In this document: positions 32,098 through 42,968 of the stretch, in pieces
How positions within the stretch are numbered: position 1 is the first letter of the stretch
Layout of the letters: each line of letters opens with the position of its first letter
Source of the DNA: an uncultured Spirochaetota bacterium
GTDB lineage: Bacteria; Spirochaetota; Brevinematia; Brevinematales; JAOACQ01
Assembly: GCA_963783575.1 (NCBI GenBank)
Contig: CAWAOD010000006.1
Span: forward strand, 32,001 to 96,000
DNA length: 64,000 nucleotides
Reading direction: 5' to 3'
Notes under the pieces: generated by a model
The model's input: the letters and a program-made list of their open reading frames with translations, nothing else
What the model was told of the DNA's origin: nothing
Database searches by the model: none
Translations under genes and position numbers: made by a program

Positions 32098-34203
32098 ATG
32101 AAGACGATTAAAGCATTATATATAGCAGGATTAATGATTGCGACAGCAATATATTTATTTACATCCTGCGAAACGACAAAAGATTATGAACCGTTTGATG
32201 TTTTAAACGGAAACCAAACGCTTGAAGATTTAACAGGGCATTCCATTTCTAATTTAAAGGTAGTGCTTGTTTATCCGGTGAACATATCGATATATGACCG
32301 TAAACCTAGTATTATATTTCTTGGGGATTCTATTTTTACCAATTATAATATCAGTATTTTTTCCGATTCTTCGTTCAGCAGCTTAATATTTGAAACAAAT
32401 TCAGCAAATACAAGCAATAAAATTAATGTAATTTTACCATTTGGAACTATATATTATAAGATCATCCCATCAAAAAATCCGAAAAAAGACGGATCATATT
32501 ATGAATCCGGTAATTTTTCAATACTACAGCTCCAGCCTGCGGCCATAGTTGAACCGCTTAATGGTGGTACAAATTATAATAAATTATATTTTTACTGGCC
32601 TGCGGTTGTCGGTTCCGATGCTTATCAGATCTATCTGGATAACGGCCTTATTTATACTGGCACAAATACCAACTACACATTACCGACGAATATAGCTTAT
32701 GGCCAGCATTCATGCTTTGTGATAGCCACAAATGCAACACAGGAGAGTGTAAGTATAACGAATAGCTTTATTATATCCAATATGGCTCCTTCAATATTAC
32801 TGGCATACAGCATTACAAACCGTACAAATGCAACTATAACGATTGACGCCAGCGGAACATCCGATAATGAAGGTGACTCCTTTCAATTTAACTGGAATGG
32901 ACAGGGTTTTGGAAGTGTTAATGTTTATTCAACTAATTTTTCTACTGCAGGAAGTTATAGTATAACCCTGAGTGTAAAAGACAGTTATGGAAATATAACA
33001 AATAGAAATATTCCTTTAGTTATTGTTGTTAATTTGCTTCCCCAGCCTTCATTTACAATAAATAAAACATCCGGAGATCGAAGCACGGTATTTAATGTCG
33101 ATGCCAGTGGTACTACCGATGCAGAAACTGCTCAAAATAATATTCTTGTTAAATGGAGTTGGGGCGACGGCTCCGTACTAGGATATAATACAACAAAAAC
33201 AGCGAATCATACATACTCGCAAGTCAGCAATTTTACTATAACATTAACGGCTCTTGATGGGGACGGGGGTGAAAACTCAATTACAAAGATCGTATCTGTT
33301 ACAAACCGATATCCACTTGCGATTTTTATTTCGCCATCAAGTATTACAACAAACACAACATTTACAGTTGACGCAAGCGGAAGTTCCGATCCTGACGGCG
33401 ATTCGTTACAGTATAACTGGGACTTCGGAAACGGCGCTACAAGCGGATGGATTAATAGCAATACTTACAGTTATTCTTATAATTCTGCCGGAACCAACAT
33501 CATAACTCTTCTTGTAAAAGATGCCATTGGAGACGTATCAAGCACTACAAATCAAATTGCAGTTAACAATTCCTCTATTCCCCGCAATGGATTGGTTGCT
33601 GAGTACCTTTTCAGCGGAAATGCTAATGATACAAGCGGAAACGGGAATAATGGCACCGTGAATGGGGCAACTTTAACTACTGACAGATTAGGTAATGCTA
33701 ATAAAGCATATGATTTTAATTCTGGGAATGAAGACTATATAGATTGCGGAAACGGTTCCTGTCTAAATTTTGATAATCAAATTACAGTTTCAATCTGGAT
33801 GTATCCAAATGCATATGGTGTTAGATTAATTGGAAAATCTGATAATGATCTTTCAGCAGGATGGCTTATAGATCTATTGAATGGAAATCAAAAGCTGAAA
33901 GTTACAATACAACCCAGTCAAAATTTATTTACCCCAACATCATTGGCTTTAAATACTTGGTATCATATCGCATATACATATAATAAAACTGATGGGTTGA
34001 CAAAGCTATATGTAAATGGTAATTTAGTAAATCAAACTAATTTTACATCCGGAAGCATTTATTATAATACTAAATTAACTATTGGAACATTTACCAGTTC
34101 CGGTATTTCATATTTTAACGGTTTTGAAGATGATGTAAGAATTTATAACCGGATTTTAAGCGATAATGAAATTCAAGCTTTATATCATGAGGGTGGATGG
34201 TAA
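32098..34203 (+). CDS. Lipoprotein D: Ig-like and PKD domains + LamG module alpha
   Basis: Lipobox FTSC; three DASG(T/S)xD PKD repeats; LVAEYLFSGNAND...EIQALYHEGGW. Confidence 0.88.
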   Translation: MKTIKALYIAGLMIATAIYLFTSCETTKDYEPFDVLNGNQTLEDLTGHSISNLKVVLVYPVNISIYDRKPSIIFLGDSIFTNYNISIFSDSSFSSLIFETNSANTSNKINVILPFGTIYYKIIPSKNPKKDGSYYESGNFSILQLQPAAIVEPLNGGTNYNKLYFYWPAVVGSDAYQIYLDNGLIYTGTNTNYTLPTNIAYGQHSCFVIATNATQESVSITNSFIISNMAPSILLAYSITNRTNATITIDASGTSDNEGDSFQFNWNGQGFGSVNVYSTNFSTAGSYSITLSVKDSYGNITNRNIPLVIVVNLLPQPSFTINKTSGDRSTVFNVDASGTTDAETAQNNILVKWSWGDGSVLGYNTTKTANHTYSQVSNFTITLTALDGDGGENSITKIVSVTNRYPLAIFISPSSITTNTTFTVDASGSSDPDGDSLQYNWDFGNGATSGWINSNTYSYSYNSAGTNIITLLVKDAIGDVSSTTNQIAVNNSSIPRNGLVAEYLFSGNANDTSGNGNNGTVNGATLTTDRLGNANKAYDFNSGNEDYIDCGNGSCLNFDNQITVSIWMYPNAYGVRLIGKSDNDLSAGWLIDLLNGNQKLKVTIQPSQNLFTPTSLALNTWYHIAYTYNKTDGLTKLYVNGNLVNQTNFTSGSIYYNTKLTIGTFTSSGISYFNGFEDDVRIYNRILSDNEIQALYHEGGW

Positions 34204-34258
34204 GTATTAAATCAACTATATTATGTCAACAAAATATCCAACTGTTAAGTAGGCCTTA

Positions 34259-35063
34259 TTATCTTTTTATAAAGTGGAAAAGACCGCATGAATAAAATGC
34301 ATTTTCATAATCTTTAGGATTAGCATTAATTATCAGTTTATTTTGATCATTGACTGAACTGAATTCCTTAAGTTCAAATCCTTCAAATAATTTTATGACA
34401 TAAAAAGGATCGAATACTCTATAACTGTTAAACTCCAATCTCTGTTTTCCTATCGGTACAGAAAATAAAATATTCCCGTTTTTTTTAATAACACGCTTTA
34501 TTTCATTAATTGCTTTAATATAACCCGCAGGATCGACAGGATCTCCATATCTGCCCAATCCGAAATGCTCAACCGCATGAAGTGATGAAAGGGATTCAAT
34601 AGAATCCGATTTTATAGATTTCATATCAGTACAATCACATTCTTGAAATTCCAGATTGGGGATTTGAACCTTAAGAGGCCGCACATCAAGCATTACAACT
34701 TTTGTAAAACAGAGGCAATGAGAAATAAACCCGTCAAGGCGTGATCCTACTATCATGATGTATTGCTTTTCCAAAATCATAAACCTTTTTTGCCGCCCAT
34801 AAATCCTGAAAAAAGTAATGCTTGGGCACATCTCCGGCGTCCTCATAACGGTCATATAAACATGGGTAGTTGTTGATGAGATGAAGAGGAAAAGGAATCC
34901 CGGAAATATCTTTTTGTTTAAACAATTTTTTATATTTAAAATAATCTATGCAATAATCAAAAATCCCTCTGAAAATATGGAACCCTTTGAAAATGTTCCG
35001 TAGAGGAAATAAAAAAGGAAAAAGCCCATTGATTTGAAGACCAATAAATCGTAGGAATTTCAT
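34259..35063 (-). CDS. DUF268-like SAM methyltransferase-fold protein; frameshift near 34752
   Basis: HYFFQDLWAA, VGSRLDGF, LSSLHAVEHFGLGRYGDP across two ORFs. Confidence 0.75.
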
Positions 35064-35168
35064 TGTGCGGCCTCCTAAAAGAATATAGTAATTAATTATA
35101 TGTTAGATCTTTTGATATTTCAATTTATCGAAATTTCTGAATTTGAGAAATTTGAATGACAAAAAATC

Positions 35169-35205
35169 GGGATTGTCCATAATTAATATGCTTATGAACA
35201 ATCCC
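35169..35205 (-). terminator. Intrinsic terminator after the beta-helix lipoprotein
   Basis: GGGATTGTCCATAA/TTATGAACAATCCC stem; T tract follows on the minus strand. Confidence 0.7.
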
Positions 35206-35230
35206 AAAAATTAATAGTTTTTTATACTTA

Positions 35231-38062
35231 TTATTGGTTTATTACGGTATTATTACCTGCTGTAGCTGAACCTGTGAAGTTAGTTTCATTTATGTTTGTC
35301 CAGCTATCGTCATTAGTAATTATATTTACTCCATTATAATCATAATATAGATATCCAATTATGTTTGTAATAAAAGTATTATTCATTATAATCTGTCCAG
35401 TTGTGTCATTGTTCAATTCATTAATAGCAATACCTGTTGATCCTGGTATACTGCCAATTAAATTATTGGATATAATTAATCCTGTAAGTTGGTGTTCATA
35501 CCCCCTTAAATAAATTACAGAATTGGAAGGTGAAGACCAATTGCTTGTGATAGAACAGTTTAATATACTTACATTAATTGAGCTTTCAACGGCAATTGCA
35601 CCGCCACCAAAGCTTGTATTTAAAGAGCTGTTTCCAATAATAACAGAATCAATCAATAAGGCATTTTCAGTATCATCCAATTTTATTCCACCGCCTCCTT
35701 CATCGGAATCTATTCCCTGTCTAACATTATTTGCGATAAGTGTATTAGTAATAATTGTGTTACTACCTAATCTGATTTCTAAACCGCCGCTATGATGATT
35801 TGCAGAATTATTGACAACGCTTGCTCCTACAATATTATTAAAATACCCATTATAGATCGCAATACCGCCTCCGTACATTGTTGAGCTGTTATTTGAAATT
35901 GTTCCCAATATGGTATTATATGACCCATTATTGATATTTATACCACCGCCCCATTGACCTCCAGAATTTCCGTAAACAATACAATTTATATAATTGCTTT
36001 TTCCACTTATATAAATACCGCCACCGAAATCAACAGAACTAATATTATTGCAGACAATTGCTGAAATTTTATTATTATTCCCGCTAATACTTAAGCCTGC
36101 TCCGCCCATGGTTGAATTATATGACGCTGTATTATTTGTAATAATTGAATTTGTTATTAAACTGTTGTAAACATTATTAAAATATATACCGCCGCCATAA
36201 CCTGAAGACCCATTGCCGTTTTGGATGATAAACCCATTGATTAACAGATTGCTGACATTTTCGGCAAATATTACATGATTGATTGTTCCTCCCCCGTTAA
36301 GCTCACTGAAGCCAGTCTGGGAACTGAACCCGCTATCCCATCCTCCGGAAAGATTAATATTGTTTGAATCGATATACACTCCGCTATTGCTGTTGCTTGA
36401 TAGCCCGCTACCGAGAATATAAACCCCGGTTTGTACATAGACATTAGTTGCTGCACTACCTTTAATTGCATCAATGGCTAATTGTATTGTTTTAAACGGC
36501 TGTGCTATACTGCCGTCATTATCGTCACTGCCGCTTGTAGAAACATAAACGATATTGCCTGAAATAGACTGTTTTGTTACTGTTATGCTGTTTGTAATAC
36601 TGTTATTTGAAAACATATCCATAGCATAAACTTTTATAGTATGAGCGCCGCCCGATAGTAAAAGGTTTGTGATCCAATTAGTAGTCCCCTGAACCAAACC
36701 GAAAGCCCCGCCATCTACCCCCAGATAAATTCCGGACAAACCGGCATTATCGTTAGCTGTACCGTTAACAGTAATAATTCCATATGTTTTATAGTTATTC
36801 GTAGGGAATATTATATTTATGCTTGGCGGTGTTGTATCAATAAGTTTTGTAATTGAAATACTGTTAGTCACAGAACAATTACTGAACATATCCATAGCAT
36901 AAACAAATATTGTATGAATACCGGCTGTTAATAACAAATTGGAATTCCAGCTTGATGTGCCGTTTACCGATCCAAACATACCTCCATCTATGGATAAATA
37001 AACTCCGGTTATACCGGATATATCGGATGCAGTGCCTGTGGCCTTAAAATTAGTATATGTCTGATAATTATTCGTTGGGAATGAAACATTAAGATTTGGA
37101 GGTGTCGTATCGATGTAGTTGTTCACAACAACATAATCGATCCAGCCGCAGTCCGAACCGGAAGAACCCGATCCGTCTTTTGAATACATCCATTTAACGG
37201 TATGAGTACCTGGTAAAAATGCAAAATTTGTATAATTCCAATCCACTTCTCCGCTGATACTGGCTTTTAAATTTCCGTCCACATAACAACTTAAAAAGTC
37301 GCTACCGGATTGACTTGAGACCTTCCAATAAAATGAGATGAAATTATTGGTTATTACAGTTTGAATATATGTGCTTAATGAATTGCCGATTAAGCCGCTT
37401 TTAGCGGAATTTCCGCCGTAATGAAACACTGCACTGTCCAGAGTCCATAATTCAGTACCGCCGTATGTAAAATTTAATCCCGGATTATCAATAGCTTCAT
37501 CCATTAATTCACTGAAATTATAAGACATGTTTGTAACATTGAATATATTTGTTGAAACATTTGTTATATATATAGAGTTGGTCGCATTAATATAATTGGT
37601 GACCAGTGTATTGTTAGTCTGTAAAACATAGTTTGTCAGGGTGATTGAATTTGTTGTTGAAAAATATAAAGTAATTCCCGTATCCCTGGAATTGCCGGCG
37701 TTATCGAAAGCTTTAACATTGATGCTTATAACTTCACCGTCAATCACCTGTCCTCCGTAATAAATATAATTCCAATTTTCTTTCCCGGTTGCCGATAAAT
37801 AATTATTGGTACCGACTTTTACCCAAACTTGCTTTATACCCGATGCATCGGAGGCATTGCCGCTGATCAGAACCTGGCCGTTATAAATTGTACCGGCTGT
37901 CGGTGTTAAAATTGCTATATCAGGCGGTGTTGTATCGCCCGAATTATTAGCTGAAGAAGAGCTGGATTTTGAATTGTCCTGTAATATATTACAGCCTGAA
38001 ATAATTATACACAAAATAAAACAGCAAAAAACTAAAATGAATGCGATTTTTCTTTTTAACAT
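35231..38062 (-). CDS. Large lipoprotein: three Ig-like (DTTPP) repeats, beta-sandwich, DUF1565-like cap, right-handed beta-helix
   Basis: GGAGG RBS; lipobox ISGC; DTTPP repeats; YVSTSGSDDNDGS..PFKTIQ; GGGI repeats. Confidence 0.85.
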   Translation of the reverse strand: MLKRKIAFILVFCCFILCIIISGCNILQDNSKSSSSSANNSGDTTPPDIAILTPTAGTIYNGQVLISGNASDASGIKQVWVKVGTNNYLSATGKENWNYIYYGGQVIDGEVISINVKAFDNAGNSRDTGITLYFSTTNSITLTNYVLQTNNTLVTNYINATNSIYITNVSTNIFNVTNMSYNFSELMDEAIDNPGLNFTYGGTELWTLDSAVFHYGGNSAKSGLIGNSLSTYIQTVITNNFISFYWKVSSQSGSDFLSCYVDGNLKASISGEVDWNYTNFAFLPGTHTVKWMYSKDGSGSSGSDCGWIDYVVVNNYIDTTPPNLNVSFPTNNYQTYTNFKATGTASDISGITGVYLSIDGGMFGSVNGTSSWNSNLLLTAGIHTIFVYAMDMFSNCSVTNSISITKLIDTTPPSINIIFPTNNYKTYGIITVNGTANDNAGLSGIYLGVDGGAFGLVQGTTNWITNLLLSGGAHTIKVYAMDMFSNNSITNSITVTKQSISGNIVYVSTSGSDDNDGSIAQPFKTIQLAIDAIKGSAATNVYVQTGVYILGSGLSSNSNSGVYIDSNNINLSGGWDSGFSSQTGFSELNGGGTINHVIFAENVSNLLINGFIIQNGNGSSGYGGGIYFNNVYNSLITNSIITNNTASYNSTMGGAGLSISGNNNKISAIVCNNISSVDFGGGIYISGKSNYINCIVYGNSGGQWGGGININNGSYNTILGTISNNSSTMYGGGIAIYNGYFNNIVGASVVNNSANHHSGGLEIRLGSNTIITNTLIANNVRQGIDSDEGGGGIKLDDTENALLIDSVIIGNSSLNTSFGGGAIAVESSINVSILNCSITSNWSSPSNSVIYLRGYEHQLTGLIISNNLIGSIPGSTGIAINELNNDTTGQIIMNNTFITNIIGYLYYDYNGVNIITNDDSWTNINETNFTGSATAGNNTVINQ

Positions 38063-38161
38063 AGCATTCCTCCAAGTTATAAACATTCTTTATTATATAC
38101 CGGTTAAAATTTAAAATTTTGAAATAATTTTATTAATTAATAAAAATAAATATTTATACGG

Positions 38162-40390
38162 TTATTTTTTAATTTTTATTATAGAATCTTTGGAAAGTCC
38201 GAAAACATTATCCCTATCGCCTGCCACAAACAAAATTGGGCTATCGGAAGAGTATTGCCATACAAAATTATTTTTAATTAAATCATAATTATATATTTTT
38301 CCGGAAGAAGATCCTGTAATTAAATTTTCTTCAGCCAAATAGGGCTGTATAAGGAGGTCAGGAAAATTTTCCTTCCGGATCACATTTCCATTAGCTATAT
38401 CAAGAATAATAATTAATGAGTTTGTTTGAAAGCTGATTGATAAAATTACTTTACTGCCTGTGAATAAAGGCTGAAGCGCTGTCTTTTGAAGTTCCGGAAA
38501 GGTTTGTGACCATAAAATACTTCCGTCCGATGGATTTAATGCTGTAATTTTTCCCTCGACTCTCGATAGAACTATTGCAGTTTTTTCATTTCCGATAATC
38601 GGATGGATTATTCTGTCGGCAAAGACATTTTTAACCCAAAGCATTTTTTTGGATCTTAAATCATATGCGGCTGCATTTCCCGCTTCCGTACCGTAAACAA
38701 GCATATTGTTCACTTTAGTAAAGAGCGGGATCGAGTAAACAGCTTCTCCTTTAGATAAGGCAATGGCATCAACAATATTTCCCGAATTGTCAAAAATCTG
38801 AATACCTTTGTCAATTGTCGGCAGTGCAATTAAATTGGCGTAAGACGACGGCGCCGCATCGAATTTTTCCCGGCCGGCTTCATTGTTTTTCCATATCATA
38901 TCTCCTGAAGCCGAATATGCAAACAAACCGCCCGAATCGGAACCGAGTAATATTTTGTCATAACCGGAACCAGAGTGGCAAATTACCGGCCTGGTTAAAG
39001 AATATTTTTCATCAACAACAGGTATGGATTTAATAAGTTCCCCGTCATAAGAATATATTTTTAATCTATTACCGTCTGAAATATAAATTTTTCCATTAAT
39101 CAACAAAACCTCTTTATCTATAAAATCAAATAGGGCACTTTTTTTCCATAATAATTCTCCCGGCAGATTTTTCATCATATTTGTTTTTATGGAATTATTT
39201 GTGTCCAGCTCATTGGTAATAACTTTCTGCAATTGAGTCAGAACTGAATTTATTGATAATCCGCCGTTAACCCTGATATCATTTTGATTATATTCGGAAA
39301 AGCCTTCTCTTATGATTTTTACCGATATGTTCCTGTCCTTTTCACAAAAATATTGAAGCGGAGTGCGGCCCAGATATGACTGATTTACAAAAACATCCGC
39401 GCCCTGAGGGCTTGAATTAATATTCAGAATTGACATATTGCCGGTGTTTTTGATAATGCTTTCGCTGTTCAATCCGTCCAATTTTTCTTTAATATCAGGA
39501 TCAATAACTGAGATTTTTGTTATTGGGACTATTTGAATATTTTCAATTCCAGTCTTATTATCAATCGCTTTTTCTATTGTTTGATTTAAAACCCGGACAT
39601 CGGCAATTTTTATTTCCCCTTTTTCTCCCGGAACAACCATAACCGGTTTTAATTGTTCATTTGTTATAGGATATGCCGATTCTTTTAATTTTGATTTCAG
39701 ATTATTTTTTAAAACAGGCTCTAAACTTACTTCGCCTTCATTGACCGACACACTGGTGTTTCCTTCATCATCGGCCTGGACGCTGAATTTTGTCCCGGTA
39801 ACAGTGATATATGCGCTTGAAGTGACAACTGCAAATAATTCGCCTTTTTTTACAGGTTCCGGTTTTAAAAATATTCTGCCTTTTTTTAATCTTAAAATCA
39901 CATGAATATTATTCAGGTTGTCTATTGAGACTTCACTCAAGCTTTCTATCCTTATTAATGCTTTATTTATTAGCTGGATCTCGCCTGTTGATCCGTCGCT
40001 TGTTTTTATTGCATAACCTTCTTTAATACTTTGGTCAAGCTTGGCTTTTGACCATTCCTGTAAACCGTTTTTTCTGATTTCAACCGGCCCGGATAATCCG
40101 GTGATAAGGAATGCCCGTCCTGACCAGGGTAGAAATTTATTATATATGGTTATAGCGGATATTCCAGCACAGATGATTAAAATTGTGAATATAATTACCA
40201 GGGCTCTTTTCCAGCCGATTTTCCCGAAGTAAGACAAAAATAAACTGCCGGATTTTATATTTTTTTGGGATTGATATTTATTCCAGAAATTTTGAAAATC
40301 GGACAAATTTTCATCAAACCGGTTATTCCGTAGAAAATCTTTTATATCACCATTTATGATAAAATGCTTTTGTTTTATCCGGGGATTCAT
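38162..40390 (-). CDS. Anti-sigma-type membrane protein: TM + FecR + PEGA + PQQ-like beta-propeller
   Basis: One TM; VTGTKFSV..VSVNEGEV (FecR); INSSPQGADVFVN..GRTPL (PEGA); G..LW blades; ATGA overlap with sigma. Confidence 0.82.
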   Translation of the reverse strand: MNPRIKQKHFIINGDIKDFLRNNRFDENLSDFQNFWNKYQSQKNIKSGSLFLSYFGKIGWKRALVIIFTILIICAGISAITIYNKFLPWSGRAFLITGLSGPVEIRKNGLQEWSKAKLDQSIKEGYAIKTSDGSTGEIQLINKALIRIESLSEVSIDNLNNIHVILRLKKGRIFLKPEPVKKGELFAVVTSSAYITVTGTKFSVQADDEGNTSVSVNEGEVSLEPVLKNNLKSKLKESAYPITNEQLKPVMVVPGEKGEIKIADVRVLNQTIEKAIDNKTGIENIQIVPITKISVIDPDIKEKLDGLNSESIIKNTGNMSILNINSSPQGADVFVNQSYLGRTPLQYFCEKDRNISVKIIREGFSEYNQNDIRVNGGLSINSVLTQLQKVITNELDTNNSIKTNMMKNLPGELLWKKSALFDFIDKEVLLINGKIYISDGNRLKIYSYDGELIKSIPVVDEKYSLTRPVICHSGSGYDKILLGSDSGGLFAYSASGDMIWKNNEAGREKFDAAPSSYANLIALPTIDKGIQIFDNSGNIVDAIALSKGEAVYSIPLFTKVNNMLVYGTEAGNAAAYDLRSKKMLWVKNVFADRIIHPIIGNEKTAIVLSRVEGKITALNPSDGSILWSQTFPELQKTALQPLFTGSKVILSISFQTNSLIIILDIANGNVIRKENFPDLLIQPYLAEENLITGSSSGKIYNYDLIKNNFVWQYSSDSPILFVAGDRDNVFGLSKDSIIKIKK

Positions 40391-40962
40391 AATTCTCCCT
40401 CCGCTTGACTCTTTAACATCTTGAATGCCATATTCAGCCGGTTATAAACCTGCCTCTGGCTTATTCCGGCGATTTCTGCGATTTCTTCAATATCAAGGCC
40501 GCCGTAAACATGCAATAATAAAATTTTTTTGAATTTAACAGGTATCTTATTAATTATACCGTTCAAGCATTCCCGAATTTGAAATTTTTCAAAAATTATT
40601 TCCCCACCCTCATCGATTTTATCGCTAATAAAGTCAATTTCCTTATATTTTACCTTTTTTAGATAATTATATTTATCACGTACTTTATTCAATATTATTT
40701 TATAAAACCATGGCCCGAATTTAAAACCGCTCCGGAAGCCATTGACCGTCCTGAAAAGTTTTATAAACACATCCTGTACTGTATCCTCGGCGTCGCTATG
40801 TTTTAATCCGTAAAAACGGGAAAGGTTGTAAGCATTTGAATAATGCCTGTTATATAAGACTTCCATATACTGTTGTTCGGCAGTACTGCTGATGCCGTTA
40901 GAACTTTGAATTGTCTTCAGGCGTTCTATTATTTCTTCATCGCATAAATCATTAATAGGCAT
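40387..40962 (-). CDS. ECF sigma-70 factor
   Basis: DAEDTVQDVF, FGPWFYKI, EEIAEIAGISQRQVYNRL; start set at ATG 40962, just after the small ORF stop. Confidence 0.9.
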   Translation of the reverse strand: MPINDLCDEEIIERLKTIQSSNGISSTAEQQYMEVLYNRHYSNAYNLSRFYGLKHSDAEDTVQDVFIKLFRTVNGFRSGFKFGPWFYKIILNKVRDKYNYLKKVKYKEIDFISDKIDEGGEIIFEKFQIRECLNGIINKIPVKFKKILLLHVYGGLDIEEIAEIAGISQRQVYNRLNMAFKMLKSQAEGEL

Positions 40963-40964
40963 TC

Positions 40965-41177
40965 TTAATTTCCAAAATGATAATCTGAAAGTACTATAAA
41001 ACCATAAATACTTGAAGAGCTTGAGGATGAACTGCTGCTTTCGGAAGAAGTGGCAGAACTTCCGTTGTACAAAGGGTCTACCGGGTTCGAATGGCTTAAC
41101 TGAAAAATACTGCAACCGGATTGAATAAGTAAGAAAAAAATTAAAATACAATATATATAATAAATAAATCTGCTCAT
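40965..41177 (-). CDS. 70-aa Ser-rich lipoprotein
   Basis: Signal peptide with QSGC lipobox, NPVDP, poly-Ser; TAATG overlap with upstream stop; ends 2 nt before sigma ATG. Confidence 0.65.
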   Translation of the reverse strand: MSRFIYYIYCILIFFLLIQSGCSIFQLSHSNPVDPLYNGSSATSSESSSSSSSSSSIYGFIVLSDYHFGN

Positions 41178-42553
41178 TAAAACCTCCTGGATAGAGAAAA
41201 AGATATGTTCCCTTTTGAGGTATCAATGTTTAATGAAGGCTCAAAAGCATAAAAAGTGGGTTGAAGATAAGCATGGATTATGGATAAAATGATTGTTCCG
41301 CCCCAGACACTTAATCCCGTGATGCTGAAATCTCTCCATATTTCAGAAACCTGGTAAAATTTGGCCGCGTCCGATTCCGTAACTGATTTTTCATATTTTG
41401 AATAACTGATACTGAAAGCATATTCCGAAAACACAGAAAAACCAAAACCGCTCGTACCGATCACAAGAAAAATAAATCCCATCCCGTAATCCCGCGCCTG
41501 GATTTGCGCATAGCCCGGAATAACTATATTCATTAATGGCTGAGTTTTTGCATATGAAGATAATACAGGCATTTTGGGATTGAATACCAGAATTACCGTT
41601 TCTCCTTCCCGGACAATGAAATTTGTAGAATCGAGAATTTTATTGTCATTTTTCAATTCGATCAAATTTGATTGATCCGCCGGAATATAAGAAAGGTTAA
41701 TACTTCCTTCCGGGTTGATCTCACCCTTATTCCTGCCGTTAAAATATATATCTGATTTTTTTATAAAAGATTTGATAATAACATCAGCGCTTGGTTTATA
41801 AATCACCTCATTATTTTCATTATTGGTAAGAGTGATATTTGTTCTGAATACTTCTTTCCCGGAATCAAATGATTTTAAAGAAATTTCGATATCATCATCT
41901 GAAAGGAAACTTTCATTATAAATGTTTTCAGAAGAAATCTCCCCGGATAATTTCGCATTAATATAAATTTTATAGATATTCCGGGTGTCTTTGATCAGGA
42001 CAGATAATTTCCCTATTGAAACCTCTTTCCCATACAAGAGGCCGGCAATATTCTTTTTCATTAAATCTACAATATCAAAAAGCCCGGTATCGATTGTTCC
42101 TTTATAACTTCTTGTTAAATTCAATTCACCGGAAACAACATCATAGGAGTATAAATTGATCGATATTTTTTTAAGAACCCTGTCCGTCTTATAATCGCCG
42201 AGTATCATAACCTTTGAACCAAGGCTCTGTGCTAATTGAAAAGCAAGGTCCATATCCGGCTGTTTCAATTTCCAGAATCCGGTTTCCAACGCAGCTTTCT
42301 CGAGATCTTCATACATAACTATCTGAACATCCGGTAATTTTGATAAAAATGTAATCAATGATTTTGTAAGAACTGTATTGATGGAATCGTCGGAATCATC
42401 ACCGGTATTAATAAAACCGAGTACGGCGGTTTTTCTGGAGCTGAAAGGTTGCCCAAAGCATTGATTATAGTTAAATATAACAAGCTTGAAAATTATTATT
42501 AAAAATAAACTGCATTGTAAATAATTAAATAATTTTATTAAAATTAAATTCAT
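41177..42553 (-). CDS. CsgG/TolB-N-like domain + PEGA-like repeats + C-terminal membrane hairpin
   Basis: TAVLGFIN..AQSLGSKVMILGDY..YDVVSGE; IVIPGYAQ hairpin; terminal Phe. Confidence 0.65.
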   Translation of the reverse strand: MNLILIKLFNYLQCSLFLIIIFKLVIFNYNQCFGQPFSSRKTAVLGFINTGDDSDDSINTVLTKSLITFLSKLPDVQIVMYEDLEKAALETGFWKLKQPDMDLAFQLAQSLGSKVMILGDYKTDRVLKKISINLYSYDVVSGELNLTRSYKGTIDTGLFDIVDLMKKNIAGLLYGKEVSIGKLSVLIKDTRNIYKIYINAKLSGEISSENIYNESFLSDDDIEISLKSFDSGKEVFRTNITLTNNENNEVIYKPSADVIIKSFIKKSDIYFNGRNKGEINPEGSINLSYIPADQSNLIELKNDNKILDSTNFIVREGETVILVFNPKMPVLSSYAKTQPLMNIVIPGYAQIQARDYGMGFIFLVIGTSGFGFSVFSEYAFSISYSKYEKSVTESDAAKFYQVSEIWRDFSITGLSVWGGTIILSIIHAYLQPTFYAFEPSLNIDTSKGNISFSLSRRF

Positions 42554-42767
42554 TTATATATCCCTGTTCAATATGCATTATTATTTAAAGTATATCCATT
42601 AAGCTTGCGTTAAATTAATTAGTTGTATATCATAATTAAAATTTTGAATGATTTCAAGTAATTAAATAAAAAAATATTTTTAATAAATTTCAAAAATTTA
42701 ATATTTTAGCGGTATTAATATACATTGAATGAAAATTTTGTAATTGGAATTTTCAAAGGAGAAAAAT

Positions 42768-42968
42768 TTGAGAAAAAATCCAATTGGAATATTTTTTATA
42801 ATAATTATAATAGGAATTATTTTTTTATTTATATCAGGCTGTGATCTTATAAAGGAAACATTTGATTCGGAATTGGAAAAACTTTCATCACAATCATCAT
42901 CAATTTCTGAAACTTCTTCCTCAACCGGCAATATTAGCAGTTCTGCTTCAATTCCAGGCAGTTCCAGT
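42768..42968 (+). repeat. Head-1 duplication (second copy 43778-43978)
   Basis: 201 nt with 6 mismatches by hand alignment. Confidence 0.9.

Noticed and set aside
40963..41226. N-terminal extension of the ECF sigma (279-aa ORF call)
   Set aside because: Region is better explained by the coupled 70-aa lipoprotein; sigma similarity starts at 40962
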